DNA of 64,000 nt, taken from the NCBI GenBank assembly GCA_047967505.1, contig CM106538.1; one strand, given 5' to 3'. Positions 27,624 to 41,449 of the stretch are shown piece by piece. The notes under the pieces were generated by a model, which saw only the letters and a list, made by a program, of their open reading frames with translations, did not search any database and had not been told where the DNA came from. Each line of letters opens with the position of its first letter. Within the stretch, counting starts at the first letter, position 1. A program made the translations under genes and the position numbers. This DNA comes from Dipteris shenzhenensis (Eukaryota).

Positions 27624-28200
27624 CTTTTGCCTGCAGAAACTCTCTTCCTTTGTGTGTGTTCCCCCTGCCGTCCCCCTGCCCACAATCCCCTCTCCTTTCT
27701 TCTCCTCATTTCTGTTACAACAGATCGATGCATTCTTTGACTCCCATTGTCAATGAAGCATCTATCTCAACAATCCTTTTCGTAAAAAATGGACCCGATT
27801 CACTCTTGAAAAGTAATTTGATTCACACATTAGAAATCCTTTTATAACATTATGCGCAATATTTTTAAGGGGCCTCATTTTTATCCTCATTTTTATTCTG
27901 TCCTGTTTGCAAGTAAGCATATATCAATTCTTAGTTTGGAAAGTTACAAACTGTCTGTTTAGACATGAAGTTGTAAAGACTGTAAGAAATGTTAAAAGAT
28001 TGACAGGATTTTTTATATCCAGTATATGACAGTAGAATCTTTTCATATATACTTAGACTGAGACATCAAAATTATACATTGACTCCTTTTCACTTGTCAC
28101 TAAAAATTCTTCCATAATACTTGTCAGAGTCAATCTGATTGTTGTGATGAGCCATAGTTCTCCCATAAATGTCTTATATTTTCTCTTAACTCAATTTCAG

Positions 28201-28270
28201 GCATGGGAAAAGTCCAAAATTGTACCCCAAAGAACGCCAAATTTGGTTGTTTCTTTGGCACCAAGAATGG
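28201..28270 (+). CDS. Host gene exon E (GMGKVQNCTPKNAKFGCFFGTKNG if spliced to exon D)
   Basis: TTTTCTCTTAACTCAATTTCAG|...GG|GTAAGT in an AT-rich non-TE island; open in the phase-1 frame left by exon D (phase 0 is also open). Confidence 0.72.
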
Positions 28271-28391
28271 GTAAGTACACATACAAACTACAGCAAATGT
28301 TCTAGTAGCATTATATTTTTCCCTTCAGTTTGAATTCGTAGTTAGGTTTTTCTTTTCAGTTTGAGTTCATAGTTAGGTTTTGTTGGTCTAG

Positions 28392-30551
28392 TTTTTTTTT
28401 TTTTTTCTTTCAAGAAAGAGACTTCTATTAAGAGAAAAAACCCGCGAGAGCAAGCTCAAAGCGGGATACATCATGAAATCATGAGGATAACTAAACCCCC
28501 TCAAAATGAGGTGGAAAACAACCAAGGCTAAGGCTAAAAGTTCAACCCTATAGGAGTCTCAGAGAAGAAAGGAGAATCCTTCCATTCCCTAAAGAGAGAA
28601 GCCCTCCTAGCTGAGGCTGCACGGGAGTCTCCTTGCATACTCGTCCATATGGCCATCAAGGTATGTATGGTGTCTGTCCAGATACTAGCCAATGTGTGCG
28701 AGGGATGAACCTGAGTTCCCTCCAATGCCTCTGTGCATCTGGCTCTCCAGATATGCCAGGCTGCTATGCTCGCTAGAATCTCCCAAGAGGTATCCATAGA
28801 GGCATGTATAGCTGCAAAGGGAAGGTGTGGTATCACATCCAAAGAACAGGACTCAACCTGATGATGTCGAATCGAAATGGCCTGACAGGAGTCAAGTCTC
28901 TCATAGAATACTTGAGGCCCTGTAAGAGAAAGCCAAGCCACTGGGCCCCATGTCATAAAGAATGGGGAGTGGGCAAAGTGACTAAAAATCCTGGCTACCC
29001 CCATCCAAATCATCCTCGCCTATTTGCAATCCCATAAGCAATCTTGAATCGTCTCCAAAGCAGAGAGGCAACGAGGGCAAGTAGGGTCAACTCCGAACCT
29101 GGATCTCCAAAGGTTCACTGCAATCCCACCATGGATAGGAAGCCAAAAGAAAAGAGTAATCTTTCTATTCCTGTGGGATTTCCAGAGTCTCTTCCAGAAG
29201 CACCTCTGCAAATCCGTAGTGATATCAAATGCCTCCCAATGAGGAACTCTGGAAGGTCTCCAACCTCTACTATTGAGCTGGAATCTCCTGGCATTAGTGA
29301 CCGTGTAACGAAAGAAGGGGATGCTCTTCTCTCGATACCCTGCGTCAATCCACTCCCACTCTCCAGGGTCCCACGGCAAAGACCTAATGGGAACTCCCCC
29401 ATAGAGCCAAAGTCTCCAAGATCCAGTGGAGAGAAGCCAGGGGTCTGGGTTGAGGAACCACTCTGAATCTGATCCCTGCACCAAAAGACCGACAACCCTG
29501 CTAGGCTGAAAAGCAGACTGAAGCAAGATGTCCTCTATGGACTTGAACAATCTGCCACCATCATGCACAGCAAAAACCAAAGCATTCTCATGTGCATCTC
29601 AAAAGGCCAAAACTTGAAGAGGAACACCGCCTCTCGTAAAAGCACCTGCCCAAGTGGAGCAAGTGAGAGGCATATCATATGTGTCTACCCAATCCGCTGG
29701 AAGGGCTGCCTCAATCTGCAAGATCCTCCCTGCACTCCCTCTGAGATGTCCTGTCAACTGAGATTTGGTCTCCTCTGGAAGCCCGCGGAAAGCTTTCCAT
29801 GACCCCATTGATGAGATGGGTCCCCTATCCCACCTGGACCACTGCATGTAGAGTGAAGCACCAAGTGGTCTGCCAAGATCATCCAATATACTGTCATTCC
29901 ACATGATCGGCTGCCTATCAATCTCTTCACGAGAGGAAGGGGGAATCCTCTGAAGAGTGCTCCTGAAACTGGCCCATGCTTTCAGTATGGCAACCATAAG
30001 AGGGGACGAAGGTGATCTGAGGTGTGCTGCGGTGAAAATCCACCTAATACTGCCCATCTAGTCTCCTCTTGAAGAAGGTGTGCACGTTGTATGCTGCTAA
30101 TAAAAAATGCCTTCCACGGCTCCTGTCCTAGCATAAGTCCCCGCACCACCATCTTGTAGAGTAAAACTCTGCACTGTAAATTTGGATCAATAATATTGAG
30201 ACCCCCTTCCTGTGTAGGGAGGATGAGGGTCTCCCAAGCCACCCTGGCTAACGCATCTGCTATGCCATCAAGCCCACTATAAGAAAATATCTGATCGGTC
30301 TCCTGAGCTGAGTGATGCAATTCCTAGAATAGCACCAGCATGAACAAACAAACCAGGCCGTGGCTAAGAGGACCTGGTTGACCACCACAACTCTAGAGGA
30401 AAGATCCAGCTTGGCTGAGCTCCAAAAAAGGAGCTTCCTCTTGATGCTCTCCAACACAGGAGCAAACTGTTGCGTGGAAGAAATATCCAAGCCGACATGG
30501 CATCCCCAAATACCTGACTGGCACACCCCTCTGAACCCAAGTGAATCCTAT
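28392..30551 (-). mobile_element. 5'-truncated LINE, best preserved copy of the abundant family
   Basis: Long poly(T) at 28392-28410; probable TSD TCTAGTTTT (28387-28395, 30552-30560); ORF2 pieces with LPTQEGGLNIIDP, CPRCLSALETIQDCLWDC and DTSWEILASIAAWHIWRARC. Confidence 0.9.
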
Positions 30552-30799
30552 TCTAGTTTTCTTTTGAAAATGAGGACAAGAGATATTATAGACTATAAAA
30601 GCATAAACTATATCTTCAGTAGCAAAAGATCGAGAGTATTCCATGAGGTGAAAAAAGAAAATTAAAAAAAAAGAGCTGGGTTTTTTCTTTTTGCTCTCCA
30701 CTCTTTGAGAAAAATTGTCCTCTTGGTCAAAGCAGACCTAGAAAAACATGTCAGAGTGTACAATATGTGTCCTAATGCTGGCCAAAGTATGAGATACTT

Positions 30800-33700
30800 G
30801 GACCTTGGTACACCACTACCATCAATGGCCTTGTGCATTTAGATCTCTAAATGTGCTAGGCAGTGATGCTAAAAAATTGTACATCCAGCACGTCCATGAC
30901 CCTCCTTCAGCACATCAGGACCCTCCTCGCGTCCTCCACTTGCCATTGCGGTTAGGGTTGTCACTCCCTGGCACAAGAGGACACTTCTCATGGCACGGGG
31001 TCTTCTTCGATTGCAGCAGGAGACATTCCTGTTTTGGTTGCGACTGAGGCTCCCGCTCCTTCAATTATAGATCAAGAGACGCCTCCCAATGTCATAGCTC
31101 TTGCCAGAGATACCTCAGTTCCAGCCGAGGTTAGGACGAGTGATGGCACTTATGTAGAGACATGGACTCTTCATCCTCTACCTAATCAGCCACTTGGCTC
31201 TACTGCACTTCAGACTTGTTACATTGATAGAGGTAAGGAGGTTATCTCTTCTCCTCCTTCCTCTAGTGCAGGGACCCTTCGCACTCTTGTGTCAGGCCTG
31301 GCGCATAGGTTCTCATTTTTTGTCTTGGAAAATTTGGTAGAGATTGAGGAGGAGCTTATGCCCTCCACATTTGGGGATGTTGTTATTGGATTTCGTATCG
31401 ACAAAGCATCTCCCTCCGCTGGTGTCGGGGTTGTTCCCCTGTGGATTTCCCTTCACTTGACAGATTTGGGAGGTCTCCTTCTCAGGAGAGGTTCGTTTTC
31501 GCCATCAGGTCAGGTAAGGTATTCCATCCTACCTTCTCCTGCCAATGAGGATTGTATCTTGGAATATCAGGGCCTTGCTGGTGTGCCACATCGCCCCCAT
31601 AGTCGATAGCTGATTCGTAATCAGCTTCATCCGGGTGTTACTGGGGGCACTATCGACATTCTCTTTATTTAGGAACTCAAACTGGATGCCAGGGATTGTG
31701 CCAAGTTAGGTAAGATGCTTTCAGGCTACACCTTTTGGTCACCTATTGCTGGCACTAGGGGTGGTATGTAAAATTCAGTTTCTACATCTTTTCTCCCCGA
31801 TTGTTGGACATGGAGTCATTATCCCCTCCAACGCTCAATGGACCCTGCTTTTGATTGAGGAGCGTAAGATTGGTTTTCTAAGCCTATACACCCCCAACAA
31901 CAGAGGGGATTGTGTCCTTATGTAGAAGGAGCTTCTCTCCTGGGCCCCCATTGTGGATTCATGGATCATTGGACGTGATTTCAATATGATGGAGCTGCCT
32001 TTAGATAAGAAAGGAGGTAGAGAAGGTGGTATCCACTCATTGGAGAGAGCAGCTTTAAATGCCTTCCTGTTTCGGTTCAGTGGCAGAGATACATGGTTTG
32101 ATGATGCCTTTCACACACAGCCATACTCTCTCCTGTTTTCGTGGTCAAACAGGAGACTACAGATGCCCATCTATGTACGGATTTATAGATTTTATGTTGA
32201 TGATTGGGATCTGGATAGAGGCAGATCCTTATGCATTTTTGGTTGGAGTATCCACCTCAGATCACTATCCAGTGGTATTGATAATTTTAGAGCTTCATTT
32301 GAGAGGACGCTGATACGCCAAAAGAAAACACATACACCTACACCAATAACTGCAACCAAAGTAGTCTCTAGGAACCGTCAAGTCACATTCACGGAACTAA
32401 AACCTCTCAGAAATCCTCTTCCTCACATAATCCAAAATATAAAATACATTCTGGCAATTCACCTTCACTGGGCAGCTTCACATGAGCCCACTCATCAGCG
32501 ACCACATGATAAAGCAAAGACCAATAGCTACCATGCTTAACAGAGAACACTTTCTCCATGTGGAAATCCTCTGGAAAAACTACCTCATCAACCATACATA
32601 CATCCAATTCCAGAGATAGATACATTGCTCATCTTTCACCACACAAGAACAGTTGGGATCAAAAGCAAGTGGAGAAAAAAAAAAACTCCTATAGATGGAG
32701 CGTATACACCAGTACCCAGAGCAACGGTATCCAACCACAGGACTCGAGACAAACTCCCCACAACCTGACGATGATCAGACCCAGTAGCACAGAAAAAACA
32801 CGATTCAATATGCACAAGTCATTGATGGCTTCCAGATCTGCATAGCTGCCATAGACTCCTTCTCACAGACCAACAAACGATCAACCATGCACGTCAAAAT
32901 TGACTACATTCTTCAGCAAGCTAGCAAGTTCCTTACGCAGTCATATCACATTCTTCTTCCTTCACATCCCAGGTAGGTTGCAAGTGATTCTTGCTCCATC
33001 AACGCAACCCACATACGTACATTGATCTGAAGAAAACTTCACTTCTGCCCACAGGTCAACCAGCTTTTACTTCTGTTTATCTGAAAGAAACGACGAACAG
33101 CCTTCAGCGATCAGCATCACAAGGACTAGAGTCAGCACCATCGATCATATTCATTACGATGAACCCGCAAAAGACCTGCCATCAGCGCTATGCATCATCA
33201 TGGTGAAGAAGTTTTCAGTTCCCTTAGAAATCTTTCTTCACAATCAACGCAGCAACACGAGTCAGGAGTGTATCAGTTTGTAGCAGGGAGCAAGTAACTC
33301 CACGCATTCTCTATGATGAGCTCCCAGCACCTTAGGCAGAGCTCCAATCTTTGAGATCGTCCAGGAGAGTACGCTCCAGCAAGCTTCAAAACTATGCAGT
33401 CCCCTCTCTCACTTACGTGCAGCCCGTCCTTTTTCTCGTTCAGCCTTCAAACCTTTTTTGGCAGTCTCTCTTGGCAGCCCCACGTACCTTCATGCATGCC
33501 CACGTTGTTTGTTCTGGATGAATCCAACCATCTCATCGTTGATCCAGCCATGTCACCAGTGCATTAAACCACTCTCAAAAATTTCCCCCAAATCACACCC
33601 CAAGCATTAATTGCACCACAATTCTAGGCTTAGGCTCACACAATTCAACATTTAACACCCGATTACTCATAGACCAACCACATAATCCACTTATCCCTAA

Positions 33701-36430
33701 CACACATGAAATTTACATGACGCCTCAAATACAAGAAGGAAACTACTCCCATCATCATAGCATATGACTTTAGGAACAAGCATGAAAAACACATATCAAC
33801 TTGTAACCACACATGCACATTGGATACTTGCTCTGGGAACCCCTGGTACATCCACATTGCGTTTTCTTCATCACTTCCCATTGTTCATGCAAAAATATTT
33901 ACATTACTCACAAAATTTACATCAGTAGAGTTCCAATTTCTTAAAAAACATGGCTTCGCTGTGGTTAACCCCCCATCACAACCCCTTGTGTATGTACAAG
34001 TGTCTACCTTCCCTTATCTAGAGAGTGCATCTTCCCACTACTTTTTTTGTCTTATCAATGCTCTAGGATTCCATATGCAGTATATGCAGAGGAGGGCCTC
34101 ACAGAAGCAACGTTGTAGATCTGGGTTTCTCACGCTCAGGGTGGACAGCTATCGCCTTCACATGTGGTTGCAGCGCTCATTGGTGCTAGTGATTTCTACC
34201 ACTCGGTTGCTAGCACCAGGAGACGTGACATTATCAGATGGGAAATTGGAGTTAGGCATTTAGCGGCCCTGCAGAGGGAAGAGCAAAAGAGGCCTACAGA
34301 TGCTTGGATTCAGGAACACGCCTTGCTGTAGCAAGGGCTTATCAGTAGACACTACTAGATCAGAGAGTAGAGTGTGCCTTTCATACACGAGAATCTTTTT
34401 GGACTCAGATGTGAGGTAGAGTCAATAAGCACTCCTTCTGCCTCCCTTTTGACAGCAAATCCTGACACGCATGCCAGAGATGATGCCAGATTTCTTGAAT
34501 GGTAGGGTATTCCTATGTTGGTGAAACCAGATATGTGGACCTCACTAGACGCACCTTCCACCAACATAGAGTTCAGGACTGCACTTCTTGCCCTTCATAA
34601 AGGCAAGTGCCTGGGTTTAGATGGGATTACCCCCTCCTTTTTCAGTACTTTTTGGGATATTTTTGGGGATCACATTACCTTAGTCCTGCAGGGCATTTGG
34701 GACTCTGGTGAGATGCCGGAATCACTTATAGATGGCCTCATTCATCTTATTCCAAAGGGGGCAGCAGGAATTTAGTGTCTTAGTGGAGACCGATTACTCT
34801 TTTAGGCACTTGCTACAAAATCGTGGCAAAAGCAATCAGCCTATGCTTGCAGCTCATACACTTCAGCTCACCTCAGGTCCCCTTCGTCCCCTCTTATGGC
34901 TGCTATCTTGAAGGCTTGGGCTAGCTTTAGGAGTATTATTTCAAGAGTTTTTCCTTTTTCTCGTGAAGAGATAGACAAGCAACCTATCATGAGGAACAAC
35001 AGCATACTTGATGATCATGGAAGACCACTTGGTGCCCCACACTATATGTAGTGGTCCAAGTGGGAGAGAGGCTCTGCCTCCACAGTGGGGTCCTTCACAA
35101 GCAGAATTCAGTAGATTGATGTAGCCATTCCACTGGATTGGATGGAAATAGATGATATGCCTATTTTTGTGTTCCACTTGGATGGGCGCATTCACTAGAG
35201 CAGGCATTCCTCTATAGGTTACTGTGGTCTATGTTGCACATGAGGGTGCCCTAGTCTTTGATTCCTTGTGGATGGCTGGCTGTCCAGATCGACTGATGAT
35301 GTTTTATTAGAGACTCCATTCCAGCTGGTTAGGATTGTTGAATTGGTGGAGCATGACTCAGACACGGAGTGGTACTTACACCCTCACCCATGTCTTGTTA
35401 TCCTAGGAGCATGGAGATTATGGCTTTATGGGGGTGTTCCCCTAAAATACTTGCAGTGGGATCCTGAGAAATGGGAATGGATTGATAAAGGGCACTGAGA
35501 GAAGAACCTTCCCTTCTTTTGTTACACTGTTAGTACAGCCAGGAGATTCCAGTTGAGCTGTAGAGGTTGGAGGCCCTCCAGAGCACCCCATTGGGAGTGT
35601 TATGAGATTTCAGCTGACATACGGAAGAATTTTTGGAGGAGACTTTGGAAATCCCGTAGGAATAGAAAAATCACTCTATTTTTTTGACTTTTATCCATGG
35701 CGGGATTGCTGTGAACCTTTTAGAGGTCCACGTTCGGAGCTGACCCTACTTGTTCTCATTGCCTCTCTGCAGTGGAGTCAGTTTAGCACTGCCCTTGGGA
35801 TTGTAGACAAGCCAGGATAATTTGGAAGTAGACAGTCAGGATTTTCAGTACCTTTATTGATCGCGCCCTTCTTCATGAATTGGGGCTCAGTTGCTCAGTT
35901 CTCTCTTTTAGGGCCCCAGGTCTTCTATGAGAGACATGACTCATCTTGGGCTTTATTGATTAGTTGAGCCATGCTCTCTAGATGATGTTCATGTTCACCT
36001 TTCAGACCTGTGCATGCGTCTATGGACTCTTCCTGGGAGATATTGGTGAGTATTATAGTATGGCATATTTGGAGAGCCAGATGCACAGAGGCTTTGGATG
36101 GATCCCAGGTCCACCCTTCTTATACCTTGGCCAATATATCGACATACACTATACATACACTGATGGCCATCTGGGCGACCATGCAGGGGTCCTCACGTGC
36201 AGCCTCTGCTAGGAGAGCATTATATTTTAGGGAATGGTGGGCCTCCCCTTTCTTCTTTGAGACTACTACAAGGTTGAGATGGCATTTTCAGCCTCAACCT
36301 TGGTTGTTTTCTACCTCCTTTTGAGGGGTGTTTTCTCATGCATGGCATGATGTATTTTCGCCTTGAGCTTTTGCTCTCGTGGGTTTTGTTCATACTTGAT
36401 AGAAGTTTTTTTATGGGGAGGCAAAAGAAT
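30800..36430 (+). mobile_element. Long degenerate LINE (ORF1 tail, endonuclease, RT start, deletion at ~34858, C-terminus, 3' UTR) interrupted by a solo LTR
   Basis: WIIGRDFN, FSWSN, SDHYPV endonuclease motifs; KCLGLDGIT...LIPKG; WDPEKWEW and HIWRARC C-terminal motifs. Confidence 0.85.
32311..34057. mobile_element. Solo LTR (1.75 kb) related to the Tat-like LTRs at 14533-19986
   Basis: TGATA...TTATCA termini; 4-bp TSD ACGC/ATGC; shared motif (CTCTGG...GGTACA.CCACATTGC.TTT) with 15676-15710 and 19766-19800; LINE sequence resumes after it. Confidence 0.85.
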
Positions 36431-36489
36431 TGTACATCCTGCTGCCACACTGAGATACCCAAAAGGATCCTTGACTTTCTTTTAAAAAT

Positions 36490-36860
36490 ATGAGGCCTAG
36501 TGAATGAGAGCTAGGCCACTAAATCCCAAGTAATGAAGAAAGGGTAGGAGGAAAACCTGCACCACAGTTGTGCTGTCCCAATCCAATGATTTGGCCTATT
36601 TGGACTCCCAAAGACAGTGCTGAATAGACTCAGAAGCAGCTGATAAGCACCAAGGACAAGGGGGATCAGCTCAAAAAAATCCTCTTGCACTGATGTACTA
36701 CAATCCCTCCATGAATAGAAGGCCATAGAAAGGACATTGACTATCGCAGTCTTGAGGGACTCTAGAGGCTCCTCCAAAAAGATCTCTGAATCTCATGATC
36801 TAAAAGCACTCCCAACAATGAGCCCTAGAAGGTCTCCAACCACTTTCAGTAATCTGAAAT
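36490..36860 (-). mobile_element. Short internal LINE fragment
   Basis: FSSYPFFITWDLVA and the CxxC/CLW region match 28900-29300. Confidence 0.65.
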
Positions 36861-38900
36861 TTCTTGGCTTTACTCGCATGGTTGTTTCCTACAATCCACT
36901 CCCATATACATTTTGCAATCTTTCTCGTTATTATAGGAGCACAGCTGGCTTTACATTTGCAAAAGGCAGGTTAGGGGGCATGGTGGGAGCCATTGTCTGT
37001 TGGGAGGTCTGGTTCTCTCTGCAGGTGTTATTAAGGCCAGATGCCAGTGGTGTGAGGTGCAAGAAATGCATAAAACTTATGACTGTGGGTGTTGATGTGA
37101 TACTACTTGTGGCTTTGTTGTTAGGTTATAGTGCACTCGATGGCACAATGATGGTACGATTATGGTATGGAGTAGTCTGCGGTGCTGGTGATGGTGCAAT
37201 TGCATGATAGAATAGAGCAAAAGGAAAGGCCAAGGCATATGCTTGTGAGAACCATAACAGGGATGCAAGTACTAGAGCAAAAATGGGACTTTCCACAGTG
37301 TCCTCTTCTTGAGCAAGTGACTCCTTGATATTCATGTCCTTTTCCTTGGTTGCTTCTGGCTTTGCCCCTCCTTGCTTGAATCTCAGCTTCATAATTTTGA
37401 TTTGGCAGGATATCTTCAACCACGTTTACTCTTTTATAGAATTGCTCTATGTCCTCATCTATGTATTCGATTTTTTTCATCTCAGTCTTTCTTCTTCTGT
37501 GAGGGGTATTTTTTCTGGACTCTCTCAACCTCCTCCTGCTCTGATAAGCCTTCTCGACTGTGTAACTACAGGGGCATACTCAAATAATCTTGCAAGCATC
37601 TGTCTCAATTTAGACTATGTGACACTTTTCCCAAAACATTGTCTATATTTTTGGCATGAATGATATTGACCAAACTCACCAAAGTAAGCAAGTCCACTTC
37701 TCGGACGATATAGAGATTACTCATAAAAAATCTTCAATACAATAGGCGTGCTTGCACCTCAAGCCTCTCTTCTCTCCTTCCTCAATGATGCTCCCTTCTA
37801 CCTTCACCCTTGCCTTCATCCTTGTTGGGCTCATCCCTAGCAACGATTTGAGTCTTGTCCCATTGGTACAATCTCCTCCCTTCTGTCTCCTTGGTTATCC
37901 TCCTATTCTCCTTAGCCATTCCACTGCTTCGTCTACTGATGGCTTTGGAGACTTTCTGACTGTGCCATCCTCTGCCTCGTCAATGCTATTTGAACAACTT
38001 CATGTGCAATTCCTAGTGCCTCTGTCATGTATTGAGATGGACCGGGTCAAATCATGTTTGTTGACACAACTTGCCTTTCTCCACGTGCATTGCCGCTGCT
38101 ACCTTAACTCCATGTGCATCCCTCCTAGTTGCTCTGATTGGTATTGAGATGAATGGTTAGCTCACATTGGTTGACACAACTTGTTTGCCATCACCTTTAG
38201 CTGTCCCGGTAGCCACATGGTTGCTTGGTCAAGTAGTGAGGCCGCATAGTCACTCTAGTTACTGAACTAATTGCACATATCATCCCCCTTGTATAGAGGT
38301 TCTATGATGAATGCCTTAGGTTGTCGTTGTACCAATGACCTTTCAGGTCATCCAACTCCATCTTTAAATGCTATTTTTGGGACAGCATACGCTGCTTGTA
38401 ACATGTGGAGTTGAAAAGGGCTGCATGTAACTGTGCAAAAGTATCATCCATGACCCGCTGCACCATTAGAAAGGCTGCAATGCGATGATCCTCCAAACTC
38501 CAAAGCCTTGACTGGTGCAAGAGTATCAAGGGTGAGGTAACAGGTGGGAGCCTTGGTTGTGGCAGTGCTAAGATGGAAATGCCAACTCTAGCACAACTAC
38601 CATGCCACTCTACACTTCCCCACAATACACCTTCGTCATGTCACCTCTACCCCTCAGTTAGCCACCTTTTCCCTCTACCACTAGACTTGCCCCATCTTCC
38701 TTTGAGATTCTCCTCACTACTTTTAGTCTCATGCTACTGTCCACTCCCCCATCACTTAATGACCCCCTATAACCCAGGTCCCAGCCCTCATTCATGCCAT
38801 ACCTATACCCATCACTCCAAGCACACACGATCCCACCCAAGGCCTAGGAGCAGTTCATCATGGAGGTCCACTGCCTTCGTGCATGAGAGATGGCATATGA
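36860..38900 (-). mobile_element. Heavily decayed, probably LTR-retrotransposon gag/leader-like sequence
   Basis: Charged gag-like ORF pieces (37126-37528) only; no catalytic motif recognised. Confidence 0.35.
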
Positions 38901-39299
38901 CCCCCTCTTCCACAGCCTTGGTCTGGAGATATCAAAGCTCCATGGGGAGGTGGCAACTGTAGCGACTGCCCCAAACAGCGGGCCAGTGGTAGAGGCACAA
39001 ATACCCAGCGGGCCAGTGGTAGAGGCACAAATACCCACCATACAATCGGCTATTGCAGAGACTTCCAGATGGGTGCACGTCGCGAAACAAGAGCTGCGAA
39101 GGCCACTGTTTCAGCCATCATCTTGGACTAATAGGTAGAGAGCCAATAAGGCTTTCAACATCAGAGTACGGCGATCCCCTACATAGCCTTCACTCCAATG
39201 AGGATGCGACTACTTTCGTGGTCTCCAACCTTGGAGTCCTGGAGCATGGGATTGAGGGGGCGCAGCGGGTAGGACGAGACCCCAATGGAGAGCAGCCCC

Positions 39300-39661
39300 T
39301 TTCATCCACTTCACGGATACTCAGGTTCGCCTTGCAACACTAGGCAGACGATCAACCCTACAAGATCACACATAGATTTTCATGGATGAGGACCTCACAC
39401 CTTTGCAGGAGAAGAGTGGCACACCCTCCTATAGCAACAAACCATGACCTACAAGGAGAGGAAGTGGGCAATGGTTCGAGATGGGCAGCTTCTGATAGGG
39501 TCCTCGACGGGCATTGGCATTTCAGCCTCAAACTTGGTTATTTTCTACCTCTTTTTGAGTTCTTTCTTTCTCATGCATTGCATGATGCATTTCCGCCTTG
39601 AGTTTCCGCTTGCGGGTTTTATTCATAGTTAATGGAAGTCTATTTTTTGCAAAAAAAAAAA
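39300..39661 (+). mobile_element. LINE 3' end with poly(A)
   Basis: GGCATTTCAGCCTCAAACTTGG plus family 3' UTR; A11 at 39651-39661. Confidence 0.8.
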
Positions 39662-40059
39662 CTTGCAGCCCTAAAGCTTTACAACAGCGGAGCGAAAGAC
39701 ATGTTTTCGATTCCAGTGCATACAATCCCTAAACTCAGTTGAGATCATCTCAAGCAATATCTTCACTCACATATGACATGTCGGGCTTCTAAACAGAGTG
39801 TAGACAGCCAAAGATATGCAAGCCAATTAGTAAAAAAAGACTATATGTTGTATCTGACAACACGCTGCAAGACAAAGGACTTCCTGCGCAACCCGACCAG
39901 GTTTGTAGCAGGTATACAAAGACTCTAACGGCCAGCTGCTCGGACAAAGACACACTGAATAGACTAGCACATAGAAAGCCTGGAGGGCTTGATAAAAAGG
40001 ACCAGAACCTTCGGCATGAAGTGTTAAGGTAGGACGCCTGTTGCTGCCTCTATTTGTTG

Positions 40060-41215
40060 CTTCATGCTCTAGAAACTACGATCTCTTTGCATGAAGATCG
40101 CCATATGGTGGGTTATTATCGAAGATCATCCGGTTCTATGCGGACATAGTTGTGGCGCTGACAAAACTCCTCCGCCAGGAGCATTCCTTCGTCTAGTCCA
40201 CATCTCAGCAATTGGCATTCAACAATCTCAAAGACCATTTGGTGAAGGCGCCCATCCTACAGCAACCCCAATGGGATATCATTTTTCATGTACATGTAGA
40301 TGCAAGCGGGCTGGTCATTGGCGTAATATTGGCCCAACCGGATGTGGAGCACAAACTGGAACTGCCTGTGTACTTTGCTAGTAGACAACTCAATGGTGTA
40401 GAACGAAACTATAGTACTGCTGAGCGCGAGGGCTTGGGCATGGTTTATGCCATGACAAAGTATCGACACTATCTCTTGGGCAATAAGTTTATTATCATCA
40501 CTGATCATCAAGCTCTCAAGTGTTTACTAAAAAGACCCACACTTGGGGGATAGATTGAGAGATGGATACTTCTTTTCCAAGCATTCGACGTTGACATTGT
40601 AGTGCGAGCAGACTGATTGCATCAACCTACGATCATTTCACACGAATCTCTTCGGGTGAAGCAGCAAAACAATAGGTGTGGATGATGAATTGTTAGATGC
40701 GGGCCTCTTCGGTGTGACAATGCTAAGGGATGAATGCTTGTTTGCTGTTGATTGCTTTCCACCATGGTATGCAAACATTGTACATTTGTTGTCCAAGGGT
40801 GAGTTTCCTAAAGGGCTAACCCCAGCACAAAAGAGGAAACATATAATTCAGGCTGGCCCCTTTAAACTGATTGCTGGGTAGTTATACAAGCTAAAGAAAG
40901 ACACATCCAGAGGCAATGCATGCTCCCTCATGAAACATGAGCCATTCTTAAAGAGAATCAGTCAGGCATGGGGGTGGTCATATGGACCCTGGAGGCCACC
41001 ACTAGGAAGATAATATGCACGGGGTCGTGGTGGCCAAAGTTGTTTCAAGACAAGATATGCTCATGTGCGCCTGTGTGACTCATGTCAAAGAGCTGAACCC
41101 AAGCCTACCCGACGTGAGTACCTTCCCCTTAAACCATTCAGCCCTATGCCAACCTTCTATAGATGGGGATTTGATTTTGTTGGACCCATCTCTCCTACCA
41201 CACAACGAGGTACTT
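40060..41215 (+). pseudogene. Ty3/gypsy pol fragment (RT end, RNase H, integrase N-terminus)
   Basis: HVDASG...FASRQLNGVERNYSTAEREGLG...TDHQAL; RWGFDFVGP-like motif at ~41160. Confidence 0.85.
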
Positions 41216-41449
41216 TTAAAAATAAATAAATAAATAAGTGTCTGGCTTTTCATTTAGTTGGCTTTCATTGGGTTTCACTCTCCCTACTTTCTCAATACAC
41301 TTTTTGGGCATTTATCCCCTGAATAGTATCAGCTCCACTCAGGTGTGAATGGGTCACCCTCAAGGCTCCAAGTCACACGTCTTTTTCGATCCAAGGACAC
41401 AGGGGAAAGCATGCCTTACTACTCCTTACTTCCAAGACAAAGCAATTGA

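Noticed and set aside
30710-30787. Possible sixth host exon (GKIVLLVKADLEKH...) in phase with exon E
   Set aside because: Weak GAG acceptor; the stronger CAG acceptor at ~30736 gives a stop in that phase; unsupported without RNA data.
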